A DNA stretch of 51,254 nt, the filler included, from Jimgerdemannia flammicorona (Eukaryota): assembly GCA_003990765.1 (NCBI GenBank). It is 2 parts of 2 records of this genome, joined end to end, with 100 filler letters (N's around TTAATTAATTAA, not from the genome) between each part and the next. Parts side by side here need not be neighbours in the genome. Positions count along the whole stretch, not along the records: positions 1 to 25,581 come from RBNJ01000818.1; 1 more part is not named here. One strand, written 5' to 3'. Below the pieces are notes generated by a model that worked only from the letters and a program-made list of their open reading frames with translations, searched no databases and had not been told where the DNA came from. The position numbers and the translations under genes were made by a program. This document shows positions 1 to 11,973 of this stretch, in pieces. Each line of letters starts with the position of its first letter. The stretch's first letter is position 1.

Positions 1-229
1 TAGTTACTTGGACTTCTACTTTATTACTAATTATCATCCAATCTATATTATATTAATACAAAGAAACAGATATACCCTTCACTCAATCTCATGTAGACTC
101 TCTTCTCCTCTACTCTCTCCACCCCTCCAGAGAGCCACTAATCCCCCAGTGACCCCAACCCTCTCCCCACTAATCTATCTCTCAAATCCTCCCATTGACC
201 CCTCTCATCATTCTCCCTTCTCACAATAC

Positions 230-707
230 TCAAGAGTTCAGATATTACTTTTAGAATCTTATATTGATGGGAAGACCATACTTATATTCCAAGTTGATCA
301 GGCTCAGAATTATTAATAAGTCAGATCTGAGGGTTTCTTGTGATAAGAATACTGCTTTATTCTTGTGTTTGGGAAAAGCAGAGCTTTAAGCTTTTCTTCA
401 GCTTTCAGACTGAGGTTACAACACACTCAGTACAGAGGATATTTATATCCATACACAGTTATACTATATGAGGTATCTATGACTGCTAGTTGGAATTTCC
501 ATTGGAATTTCTGTTGGAATTTTCATTGGAATTTCTGTTGGAATTTCCAGTGGCTAAAATGTTCATTCAAAATAGATGCAAGTTCTCATGTAACGTGGAC
601 GATTTTGGCGATTTCCTAATTAGGCACGGTTCAGCGTAACGAGGCGGATTTGCAGATTCTGCGTAATATGGTAGATTTGGCAGATTTGCATGTAACGAAC
701 CGTTACA
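230..707 (-). mobile_element. Probable LTR remnant (Ty3/Gypsy-type terminus TGTAAC at 707, reading leftwards); far boundary uncertain
   Basis: Minus strand begins TGTAACGG at 707, followed by TATAAATA (~447) and AATAAA (~360) in LTR order. The body is CpG-depleted and there is an abrupt switch to AT-rich DNA at 708. Confidence 0.45.
491..550. repeat. 12-bp tandem repeat TGGAATTTYYRT, 5 copies
   Basis: tggaatttccat / tggaatttctgt / tggaattttcat / tggaatttctgt / tggaatttccag. Confidence 0.95.
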
Positions 708-1240
708 CTATACTTTTACTAAGAATATTACAAAGTTAAGAAAATTAAATATTTAAGATAAAGAAATATAATATATTTTTTTAAGTTAAATATTATCTAT
801 TTATTTTTAAATAAGTTAAATTAAAGATCTAATTTAATTTCATTATTAAATTAATATATTTTAATTTTTTATCTAAATTTCAATATAATAACTCAATAAA
901 AAATATATCTAAATTTAATAAATTAAAATTTGTTAAATTTGAATATATTTTGATTGAGTTATTAAATTTTGAATTAAATCAAATTAGATCTCAATTTAAT
1001 TTAATTTAATTTATTTCAAGTACTATCTATATTATATTATATTATGAAAAATATAATAATTATAAAATAGTTATATAAGAAATATAAAGAGCAATATAGT
1101 CTCTCTATTATTTTTATCAGAATCTCATCTAAAGTATTTCTAATATTAAACTATTTTTATATTAAAGAATATACTAGTAAAATATATAAATACTATAGTT
1201 ATATCTAAGATATTTTATTATCTAAAATTTACAATAAGCT
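708..1240. repeat. Extremely AT-rich eroded repeat containing a fold-back (MITE-like) palindrome at ~806-1020
   Basis: Inner inverted arms at 887-963 (aataactcaat...attgagttatt). Outer arms are at ~806-845 and ~970-1020 (aaagatctaattt / aaattagatctc). Confidence 0.6.
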
Positions 1241-1556
1241 TGACCAAGACCTCATAGTGCATATCTTTGTTATTTAATCTAGTCTAGGCTAGTATAGGAG
1301 CCTAAATCCTTGAACTTATATAATTCGTAGTGTGAGATTTGATAAGGAATGTATAGGTTCAAATGTAGATATACCAGCTAATGATATATACAAGTATCTC
1401 AAATTATAGTTAAGGGCCCTGCAATAAGTATCACGTTAAAGACAAAGTATCGAATGGTCAAGTCTCGTTGGTCACTGCCAAACTGTCTTGTCTTGAATCC
1501 TTTTTCGAAAACACGACGATGAGTAGGGGTTAAAAAATATATGGCGTCCTAGTAAT

Positions 1557-4500
1557 TCAAGTGTTTAAAAATAGCCCCTTAGCCGCCTCGTCTCGATTCC
1601 TCCGCAGCCACTTCCTGTCCACTGTCAACGCTGGGTACACTGCATCGACCACAATCCTCGCGGAGCGACCTTGGCCCACCGCTTGTGCCTTGATGTTACA
1701 CAATGTGCGCAACGCCATATGCCAACAGAATTTTGAACGATGCTTTGCTTTTATGCTTGACATATAGGCGTAGCTTGCCTTGAGGCGGTCGAGCAATTCG
1801 CCAGGATTGATTCCCCTCTTCGTATCAAATTTTAAACTATTCGACTTGAGGGTCAAAGGATCCGGTTCGCTGTAAAACCGCTTGCGATATTCTTCCTTCA
1901 GAGAAGCAATTTCGTCTCTACAACTATATGGCCCGCCGACGACGCCCGACCCAAAACGAACCTCGCGTTGTTTGTCTTCCCGTCTCTTTTTTCCTTGGAA
2001 GATTTTTGCCCACTTGGCCTCATACTCAACCGTCAACTGTTCGATCTTCGTTTCAATATTCTTTAAATCCTCCGACATATTCTTATCGTTCGAAGCTGCG
2101 GCTGTCTCCTCCGCGTCTCTTGCCACATTGAATAGATCCGCGTCAGGGATCCGAGGCGCAGTTCCATTATTCTCCACCACCGAGAACTTCGGGTCTTTCA
2201 CTTTTTTGACATATTCCATCAAGGCTTCGTAGAGAATTCCCATGACTGTTTGGGGCTCTCGATTATCGATAATCGTGTTATTTTTGCTGTTCTTTACTTC
2301 AGCGTACCATCGCGGAACAGCTTGAGCCATGTATCTGAACTTCCATTCGTCCTGACTTTTCACAGCTGCCTTTAGCGTGAGCCCTTGCTTTGGCGCGTCC
2401 ACGAGTTGCGAGCACATGCGCGCGAGATATACCGTGTCTTTGTGCCGAAAACCTTTTGTTTCTGCACTGATCATGCGCCAGTTTTCGTACGTGCCGAGAA
2501 GACTTTCTTCCTGATAAAGCTCGAAGAAGCGAGTCTGTAACCGGACTTCGTTTTCTTGATGCGAAGTGCAGCCATCATCAATCTTCAGCTCCTGACGGAC
2601 AGTGGTTTTACGCTTGTCAAAATGCTTGTCTTGAAAATCATCAGGTGGATAATCGACGTTTGAATTTTCAAAAGAGCTCGTGATTCTCGAGTCCCAGCAG
2701 CAAAAAATCTGTAAATATTATTACAAAACCGTGGAAATTGGGCAATAAACAGAGTGCGAAAGAATAATAGGAAGAAAAAACTGACACGGAAACAGTGGGA
2801 TAATTATCTTAATGATGAACTCACAATATCTCCATCGTAATCACCGCCGCTGAGAAGACTTGCAAGAGACTCGTTTCCAACGGTTGGAAATACCACGACG
2901 TTCTTATACATACTGAGCGAGGGGGAGTCGACGGCCTTCACCTTTTGAACATCGCTCAAAAGTCCACATGGATTCCTCGTCACAACGACATCTCCTGTGA
3001 TCACGGCGGTTGCCATCCCCGTTCGCTCATTTATAAATGGCGGATCCATCTGCAAGAATATCTCACCAACCTTGAGGATTTTAAGAGGATCAGCCATGCA
3101 CATCACTGTACAAGATTGCGGTACCTCAATGCGATATTTCGAAAAAATCGGTTTTAAGGCCATTTGCAACACTGCCTCAAGCTCAGAGGCCAGAAACGGG
3201 CATGTCGAAGGTTTGAATCCGCTATCGAGAAGGCTAATGCAGTTTTCAGGGTTCAGGTCCGAATATCCCGACCAAACGTTTTTTGCAAAGATGCCGAAAC
3301 TTTGATCTTCTTGGTCTTCTTGGCCGTTCTCCGCATCCATGAAATCGTCGTCAGGCTTCTGCCACAGTTCCTGTTCTATTTCCAGTCGTTCCTGCCTCTC
3401 CTTCATTAAGTACCCAACTTTTGCCACAAAATTACGCAGTATCAAAGGGTCGTCACAGTGCCAGACCTCGGTCATAATCCGCTCGACAGAAGCTTTCATG
3501 ATTTCGACGAATGTTCCTGCAGGAACACCACCTTCGGCCAGCACCATGATAATCTGCGTGTTTAAAAATGACGGGCATACAGCTTTTGCCGTTTTACAAA
3601 TGTCCATCGTATAATGGAGGGGGTCGTAGGTGGATACATCCCAATTACGAACACCGGTCTGGAATTTCTTTTGCGATTTGGTAATCTGGATCCAATTGCC
3701 GGAATTGAAATCTCCTTTCGGATCCAGGAACCAAATCCCTTTCGCCCCATTGATGCGACCCTGAACAGCGATGGGCGTAAGATGATTTTTTTCTCTGTTC
3801 AACATGTCGCCTATTTCCTTCATTGCTGCACAAGATATCCGCGCGCAGCCATCGGTCATAACCTTGTTGGCTGGAGGATTATTTTTTTCCTCCGGAGTGA
3901 TAGTGGTGGCTAACACGTCGTCGACATCGCCAAGTTTGTCCGGGGTGAACGTGACTGTCCCAACGCTTTTGCTGAAGGCAAGGTCCATGCGACTCCAGAA
4001 TTTGGACATACGCAAATCTTTGTTGATGTCGATCGGAATGTGCCAATCGATGACGCTCCATACCGAAATCGGTTCCAGAACTCTCTCCTTCCCCTCCTGC
4101 TCTGTCGCGAACAAGTATATCGTATTGTTCTTGGCGAACAGGAACGAAAACGAGTAACTCAAGATACGAAACTGGATTTGACCTTGAAAATGATCTCGTA
4201 GTATTTTCTGCTCCTCGCGCTTCATGTTTGCGGGAATCTTTACCTGCAGAAACCGATGAGAGCCGTATTTCCGAAAGAAGCGATTGGACGAGCCGAATGC
4301 CAAAGGTTGCAAAGTAATTTTTAAGGCTTTGCTTGACGTCAGGATGCTCAGTTTCGCCATGTATTGAATGCGAGAATATGGGGTCTCACTGGCTTCCCTT
4401 GAATCGATGTCTGGATGCTTCACCGTTTTGATGTAATCCCATACTGAATTTGAGGTTCTGTCACTTGGAGGTAGCCAGCCAGCATTTACTCTCGCCGATT

Positions 4501-5531
4501 CTTTCCTCCACTGAAGAAGAAGTTCGATCGTCTTTTCAGGCGAACTTTTGCATTCCAAGACCCGCGGTGGTGTGATGTCCGACCATTCTAACAACCCGTG
4601 GTTGATAAATCGGGCAATTTCCCATTGCGCGAAGAAAGGCAGGCGATTAAGCTGCCCATGCAAATGAAATCCACCATCGATGATGATTTGAACTGGAGAG
4701 GACCTCGCGATCGGCTTAGGATGATTATTGGACGACTGTTTCCTATCGGCCATTTTCTTGATCCAGCTTTCAGTGACTGTTTCTTTGGAATCCCCTGCTA
4801 TCGACGCCGTGCCTGCGGGATTCGAAATCTCGATCCTTTGGGAAGCGGTATTTTCGTCCACAGGGGCACTTACATTAACACAATTTCTAGGCTCGTCTCG
4901 CCTCGTTTTTTTTGGCTGAAAAGGTTGGTTCGGATTTTCCGATGGCGTGGGTGGTATTTCAGAAGCCATGACAGCTGATTGGGACGCCGGAACACCTAGA
5001 CTCTCTCCAACGGTGGTGCATTGCGTGTTCGAGTCGGTAGATGTCAATGTCTGACTCGGTTCAGCAAGCTGATAGGACGTCGACGCTTCAGAGCCGATAC
5101 TCGATGGGTTCAGAAACGGCGTTTGGACGTCGTTTATGTTTTTGTCGTGCTCGGAATCTAATATTATGACAACAGAGTGAATAAATATACCGTTTTCGCC
5201 CAAAACAATATACGCCTGTCAATGATGCATAAGCGTTCGAGTGCTCACCAAGGTACTCCGAGAAAACCCCAACTAAACGCTTGTTCAGTCTCATAATAAA
5301 TAGCCCCTGGACTATTGGGCTAGGAATTTCGCGGGACACGCCAAAATCCCGGACAAACTTGTCGACTTCTTGCACAAGGCCGGCCGGGTCAACGGAGGAC
5401 AACGACATCATCACCTCCCTGTAGGTAAACCCCTCGACAACCATACAGGTCGCAGGAGGTTTAGGAAATCCTAGGGCCTTTTGGACCCTTTCAAAGGACA
5501 TTTCGAACGACTTTGTGTTTTTGTTTTCCAT
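1557..5531 (-). CDS. RNA-dependent RNA polymerase (cellular RNAi RdRP, QDE-1-like); exons 5531-5249, 5157-2825, 2708-1557; 1255 aa
   Basis: Motifs SNRFFRKYGSHRFL, TDGCARIS, QGRINGAKGIW and RNPC are present. The catalytic LSGGDYDGD joins IFCCWD across a GT-AG intron (2824-2709). A phase-1 GT-AG intron (5248-5158) links the 5531 ATG ORF in frame. Confidence 0.93.
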
Positions 5532-5890
5532 GTCAAAATTTTTTGCCGCAGGCTTCGATGAAAGACGCGTTCTAAGGTGCAGAAGTCAATTGGATTTGGT
5601 ATAATGTGACTGCTTGTCTTGTTTTGTTTGAGCCGCAGCTGGTAATGGTATAATAATATCAATAGTATACATCTTTTTGAGATATGAAGGAAGTAGGAAA
5701 CTGTGAAGGCAAAAGCAGTGGAAGGTTTTGTACTCTATAAAGCCTATGCATAAGTGGGAACCGACACTATCTACAGCCGAAGCCAGGGATATACAACCTT
5801 CTACAATGACTCTGGTGCCCTATTTTTTCTTTCTTTTTTGGTGGTGCCAATATTGGCTCAAAAGAACAGGCGGATTTATCTGCGACTTTC

Positions 5891-7505
5891 TTATAAATTT
5901 GACGCAGACGAAGCCAGATTCAACAGAGGTTTCTTACCCCAGGATGAATAAAAATTACAGTAGGCATTTGAATTCGCACATGCTCGGCCAATAGAATCAA
6001 TGTATTGATCATATTCGTTAACTGGTACGGGAGTGATGCCTGAGAGCGTCGCTTTTCCAGCTTTGGCGGCAGTGACGGTGTTGTCTATAAAAAATCATAA
6101 CGAGGAGCCGCATGTTATTATACATATCAAGCGCAATATCAACCGATTTCTGGTATATTACCAATGTTTTTCGCTTACCTAACATCAATTTGCCAACGTA
6201 GCCGCACCATCCGATGGGTATCGATCGCGTTTTGCGATAAACAGACGTAAAACCCACTTCCGAGAGGAGGACGTGGAGCTTGGGGCCAACGAAGGGATCA
6301 AGTCCGCGCGCCGCGAGCATCTCGCAAACTGTTCATGAACAAGAAAATTATCGTCAAAATGAAGTTACAGTGTCGATTATGTATTTTTGCCATGGTGGGC
6401 TGCTTACCGCCTTTGAACCATTGTTTCGCATTCCCACAGTTGTAAACCTGCAAGGAGCGGAATAAAGTACGTTAAGTTTGCATACATTGCGTCGGCTCAA
6501 ACTCATAAATAATAAGATGAAAAATATAACCTACCATTGGATCCGCCTCCATCACTTGCAAATGACCCCCTGGTTTCAGCACCCTGAAGCCTTCCCTTAA
6601 AAGCTCTGGCCAACGTTCGGTCTTGATGCCGAGGGCCATTACTCTAATATGGACGAACTCAAAGCTGTCGTCTGGGAAGGGGAGACCGTCCAACTAATTC
6701 ACAGGTTTGTGAGAGTAAGTTTTTGTGTGAATATTTAGAGGAATAATGCTTTACGGATTTGGTGATCAGTCTGGTAGATATTTACCACATTGCCAAGCTT
6801 GAATTGACAGTTGTTCGGTTTTACGCTGATCGGAAATATGTTGGCGATATCTATGCCCACAAAATCCACCTTGGCAAATTCGATGGCCATCTCCTATGTG
6901 AAAGAATATAGGATTTAACGACAAACAGAGGACGCATAAATACAAACCATGTCGTAATACTTACACACATCCATTCCCCAGATCCGCAACTGAGTGTTTA
7001 GGAACGCAGAACTATTAGTGATGTGCAAGGCAGTGAGCGAGTGATTTGATCAAATCGCGTCGAAACCGCATACTTACCCAACATCAAGCACTTTAGCACC
7101 TGGTGTCAACACTTCTGCTATATGGGGGCTGTACTTTCTGTTGGGTGGCAGAACCGAATGTTACATACATGACATCCCGAACAAAACAAGAACCAGGCGC
7201 CTTATAGACTCTCCTTACCCAAACGCTATGCACAGTAATTCGTGTTGCATCTGATATCGGTCAACTTCCTTGTCTGTTGGTGGCAAGAAATAGGCGACCC
7301 CATGGGATTTGGGTAATTTGTTTCTCTGCAACCACTCGAAATCGTGAGAGGGTGTGATGCTGTTGTCAGATGTCTGACTCCTTGAGACATTTGAGCTCGA
7401 GACTGAACCGCCAGAATCGTTTGGGTCGGATTTCCTGCTGCTACCACCATTGCCATTGCCAGAAGCAGAACGTTTGCGTTCCTCTGTAGACATTGATCCG
7501 CCCAT
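5891..7505 (-). CDS. Class I SAM-dependent methyltransferase (LaeA-like/Methyltransf_23/25-type); exons 7505-7219, 7137-7078, 6989-6965, 6893-6786, 6693-6535, 6447-6408, 6328-6179, 6084-5891; 340 aa
   Basis: Seven GT-AG introns give an open 1023-nt frame with YFLP..KEVDRYQMQH, VLDVGCGSGEW, FVGIDI, GLPFPDDSFEFVH, RVLKPGGHLQVME, IPIGW and a C-terminal WGKKP. Confidence 0.88.
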
Positions 7506-8803
7506 GATGTTTTATGGGACAGCTTTGTTGTGGGTTGAAAAGGTTCAAGAAGTGGAAAGAGTTTCGGAGGGCTGTCCTTTATTAGTATTGATTTTTCAGT
7601 TGGTGGTAACCACAAAATTGATAATTGCCATTTGGGGCATTCTAGTTACAATCAAGACCGCGTGTACCGTGCTAGCGGATCTCACATCCCGTTGTGGAAA
7701 TTGTTCCGCACTTGAGCAACTGGGTGAATCAATAAGAATGGGAATTCCTCAGATGAACAACTGGAAAACGTGCGACGGGAGTTCTAGCCTCCGTTGAAAC
7801 CATTCCCAGAGAGGTTCGATGCACGACTCAGCAGCGATCTTTTAGCATGCTCGCGGTTACACGATACTTACAAATGGACAAGATCTCTCCCCCATGGGAA
7901 CCTTCTCTGCAATGTGGTTTGCTAATCTGGGAGTGTTGGAATGTAATTCAGACAATTGCGCAAAGGTAGAGAAATCGCTTTCGTTGGAAAACTCTGCGCA
8001 TATACCAAGAACGACCCAGATACTTATGATACTCCCCATTAAGTTGCTGGGATGGTGAGATCAACATGTGAAAATGAGGCTTTCTATCCGACTGATGCGG
8101 TCATCGGGGATTAATCTCATAGCACATGTACTCAACCAAGTTGCAAGCTATAGTTTACGGATGATGCCCCTTTCCTCTGCACGAGATCTGACTTGCGGAT
8201 CGGGAAAAATTAATCATCGACGCCGTGATCAAGACGCAAGGCGTTAGGCTTGAATCGGCTATATTGAGTGAATGATGTACGTTCCGGATATAATTTAAAT
8301 ACACCATCAAAGGCCAAACCACGTGTGGAATAATATAGGATGGGTTAAATTTACAAGCAAATATTCGCGGAAACGCACTCACAAAACCATAAACACTTCC
8401 GATTTTTTAGGTTCGGGGTGAATACGCGTGGTTGTAAAGGAGTTATCTATTCCGTCTTTATCGCCTTGTCATGCGCAATTGAAAAATATATTTCAGAATA
8501 ATAATCCCTGCGTTCCTGAACCACATCAAACGATTGTGTGCGGTGGCTTGCTGATGGGATGACGTCACCCGGAGATGAACAACGCCAAACATTTCTTGGT
8601 GGATTTGATAGTAACCCAATTATGTCCATATTTTATGACTCTGATATTAAAATCAATCAACTAGAATAAAAAAATAAATAAAATAAACAAATAAAAAAAA
8701 AGCTTGGGTGTTGTGTAATAATTATTACAAGTGGTGAAACGAGCTAGACAGCGGATTAAAAAAAAAAAAAGCTGTGACAGATTCGTGGAAGGGGTAATAA
8801 AGA

Positions 8804-9042
8804 GCCACGTTTGAGGATGGGTGTGTGTTGTCGGCGTTTCATTTGGTTGAGGAAAATGAGGGAATGGGGGGCTGCTACGTGTCGCGGGGCTGCAAAATGC
8901 GGGAAGGTGGAGGTGGATGGGCCAATGGCCTGTTCACAACGCAGACAAGCAGGCACCGGCCAATCAGGATGTGCTACGACACCTGCACCGCGCCCCGCGT
9001 TTCAAATTTCCAAGCCATCCCCCGTCCTCACCAGCTTATAAT
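8804..9042 (+). promoter_or_regulatory. BiP promoter with CCAAT boxes, UPRE-like ACGTG cores and a TATA-like element
   Basis: GCCACGT 8804-8810, TACGTGTC 8876-8883, CCAAT at 8922 and 8960, TATAAT 9037-9042, all upstream of the ATG at 9147. Function is inferred from motif similarity only. Confidence 0.5.
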
Positions 9043-9146
9043 CCACCGCCCTCCTTGCAATCGCCTCTTTCTTATCCCCTCCCTCCCTTCCTTCCCTGTA
9101 CATAGTCCAAGCACTCCACATCTGTACTATACGACACGAATTCATC

Positions 9147-11543
9147 ATGCAGAGACACACCGCAATTTTTGCGCTCTTCTGTCTCTTGTACGTCCTGCTC
9201 ATCGCCTCTCCTCTGGCGTTGGCTGATGACAAGAAGGAGGAGTTTGGAACTGGTACGTATGAAGCTCATGTTCAATTTATCTACTTCGCAGCCCTGCATC
9301 TGTGATTGAGCGAGCTGAAAGGCTCGTGGTCGAGTCGACGATGCCTATGCATCCCAGAACATACCGAATGCCGCCGCCATTGTCCAGCTCCCGAAAAGCC
9401 CTCTCAATGGACCATGATTGGCATTTCTCAATCAACACATTGACTACATGTTTTGAATCTAATGGCACATCTCTACTTCTTTCTTGCACATCCAGTCATT
9501 GGCATCGATCTAGGAACAACTTACTCTTGCGTCGGCGTCCAAAAGAACGGTCGCGTCGAAATTATCGCCAACGATCAAGGTCACCGAATCACCCCCTCCT
9601 ACGTCGCCTTCACTGATGACGAGCGCCTAATCGGCGACGCCGCAAAGAATCAGTACGCCTCGAATCCCACTCGTACCGTCTTCGACGCCAAGCGCCTGAT
9701 TGGCCGTCGCTTTAGTGATAAGGAGGTCCAGGCCGACATGAAGCATTTCCCTTTCAAAGTCATTCCCCGAGAGGGTAAGCCCGTGATCGAGGTTGAGGTC
9801 AAGGGTGAAAACAAGATCTTTACCCCCGAAGAAATCTCTGGCATGGTCTTGATCAAGATGAAGGAGACCGCTGAGGCTTACCTCGGCAAGAAGGTGCATA
9901 TCTATGAATATTACCTGTATTTCCACATATACGAGGACGACACTTTCTCATATGTTCATGCGCCATGGTAATTTAGGTCACCCACGCTGTCGTCACCGTC
10001 CCCGCCTACTTCAACGACGCCCAACGTCAGGCCACTAAAGATGCCGGCACCATTGCTGGTCTCACTGTCCTTCGTATCATCAACGAGCCCACGGCCGCCG
10101 CCATTGCGTACGGCCTTGACAAGACCGGTGGCGAACGCACTATCCTCGTCTATGATCTCGGCGGTGGTACCTTCGATGTCTCCCTCCTCTCCATCGACGA
10201 CGGTGTTTTCGAGGTCCTGGCAACCGCCGGTGACACCCACTTGGGTGGTGAAGATTTCGATAACCGCCTCATTGATCACTTCGGCAAGACCTGGAAGAAG
10301 AAGAACGACAACGAAGACATCACTAAGGATCTCAAGACCATGGGCAAGCTCAAGCGTGAAGTTGAGAAGGCCAAGCGTGCTCTTTCCTCCCAAATGTCTG
10401 TCCGCGTCGAGATCGAATCCTTCTTCCAGGGCAAGGATTTCTCTGAGACGCTCACCCGCGCCAAGTTCGAGGAGCTCAACAACGATCTCTTCCGCAAGAC
10501 CCTCAAGCCTGTCGAGCAGGTCCTCAAGGACGCTAACCTCCAGAAGACCGACATTCACGACATTGTCCTTGTCGGCGGCTCTACTCGCATTCCCAAGGTT
10601 CAGCAACTCCTCGAAGATTTCTTCAGTGGCAAGAAAGCCTCTAAAGGTATCAACCCTGACGAGGCCGTCGCTTACGGCGCCGCCGTCCAGGGTGGTATTC
10701 TCTCTGGTGAGGAGGGTTCTGACAAGGTCCTCTTGCTCGATGTCAATCCGCTCACTCTTGGTATTGAGACCACTGGTGGTGTCATGACCAAGTTGATCCC
10801 GCGTAATACCGTCATCCCCACCAAGAAATCTCAGATTTTCTCGACCGCCGCCGATAACCAGCCCACCGTACTCATCCAAGTATTCGAGGGTGAACGCGCC
10901 ATGACCAAGGACAACAATCAACTCGGCAAATTCGAGCTCACTGGCATCCCGCCGGCTCCCCGTGGCGTTCCTCAGATCGAAGTCACATTCGAGATTGATG
11001 CCAATGGTATCCTCAGGGTTAGCGCTTCTGACAAGGGTACTGGCAAGTCCGAGGCCATTACCATCACCAACGACAAGGGTCGTCTCTCTCAGGAAGATAT
11101 CGAACGTATGGTTCAAGAGGCGGAGCAATTCGCGGAGGAGGACAGGGTTCTTCGCGAGAAGACTGAGTCGAAGAACGCGTTGGAGAACTACTTGTACGGC
11201 CTCAAGGTAAGGCATTCCTCCATTGAAACAATTACACGATGCTAAATGTTGGCTGCTGTTCATAATTCTAATTATATGCACTTTTCTAACATTCCAGACT
11301 CAACTTGCGGACGATTCTCAGCTGGGTGGCAAGGTTTCATCCGAGGACAAGGAAACTATCTTGGCGGCCGTGAAGGAGAAGATCGATTGGTTGGAGGAGA
11401 ACTCGGGTTCGGCCACTAAGGAAGACTATGACGAGAAGCGCGAGGAGGTTGAAGCCATCGTGAACCCAATCACCTCGAAGTTGTACGGCACCGGTGCCCC
11501 CCCGTCGGAGGACGAGCCGTTGGAACCGCGCGATGAGCTCTAA
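9147..11543 (+). CDS. KAR2: ER Hsp70 chaperone BiP/Kar2; exons 9147-9252, 9496-9893, 9977-11206, 11298-11543; 659 aa
   Basis: Signal peptide [26 protein letters not shown]; Hsp70 signatures [39 protein letters not shown]-terminal RDEL; three GT-AG introns keep the frame. Confidence 0.97.
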
Positions 11544-11717
11544 GGGTATTTTTAGATGCAAGGGCTGGTCTGTGTGTAATCTAGGCATGTTGTTAGGCAG
11601 TGTTCCTGACATTATAGATAGACAATTGGATTCTGCATTGGGATTCATTAGTTGGTGATTGTGATTGTTTACGGTCAGTTTGAGTGGTTTGCACCGTTGT
11701 ATGTGCGTATGCGGAGG

Positions 11718-11746
<29 letters not shown>
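11718..11746. repeat. Poly(A) tract (29 nt) between BiP and NF-YB
   Basis: Directly visible homopolymer. Confidence 0.9.
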
Positions 11747-11751
<5 letters not shown>

Positions 11752-11973
11752 TTATGTTAGATTACGCTGTCTGATTTTGTCGGGCAGAATAAAAAGATGC
11801 ATTGGATGACGGTCAATTTTCACTGCCACCAAGGACCTATCAGAATCCACCAGTTCACGTGGCAGCTGCGGCTGGGTTCATCGTTCAAAAATACCAAAAG
11901 TACAAACAACACTTAGCAACTTCCCTCCGTGTCCCCCAACTCCCCCTCCCCATACACACGCACGCACGCACGC

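Noticed and set aside
1..225. Possible LINE ORF2 C-terminal remnant on the minus strand
   Set aside because: Only compositional resemblance to the LINE at 25682-28980; too eroded to support a call.
491..550. Possible CRISPR array
   Set aside because: Head-to-tail 12-mers with no spacers, in a eukaryotic LTR-like context.
7506..9146. Short ORFs in the divergent methyltransferase/BiP intergenic region
   Set aside because: No splice-consistent model, no motifs and no codon bias.
9956..11281. 441-aa antisense ORF (and other overlapping ORFs) opposite BiP
   Set aside because: Long antisense frames are a known by-product of biased codon usage in Hsp70 genes; no independent signals.
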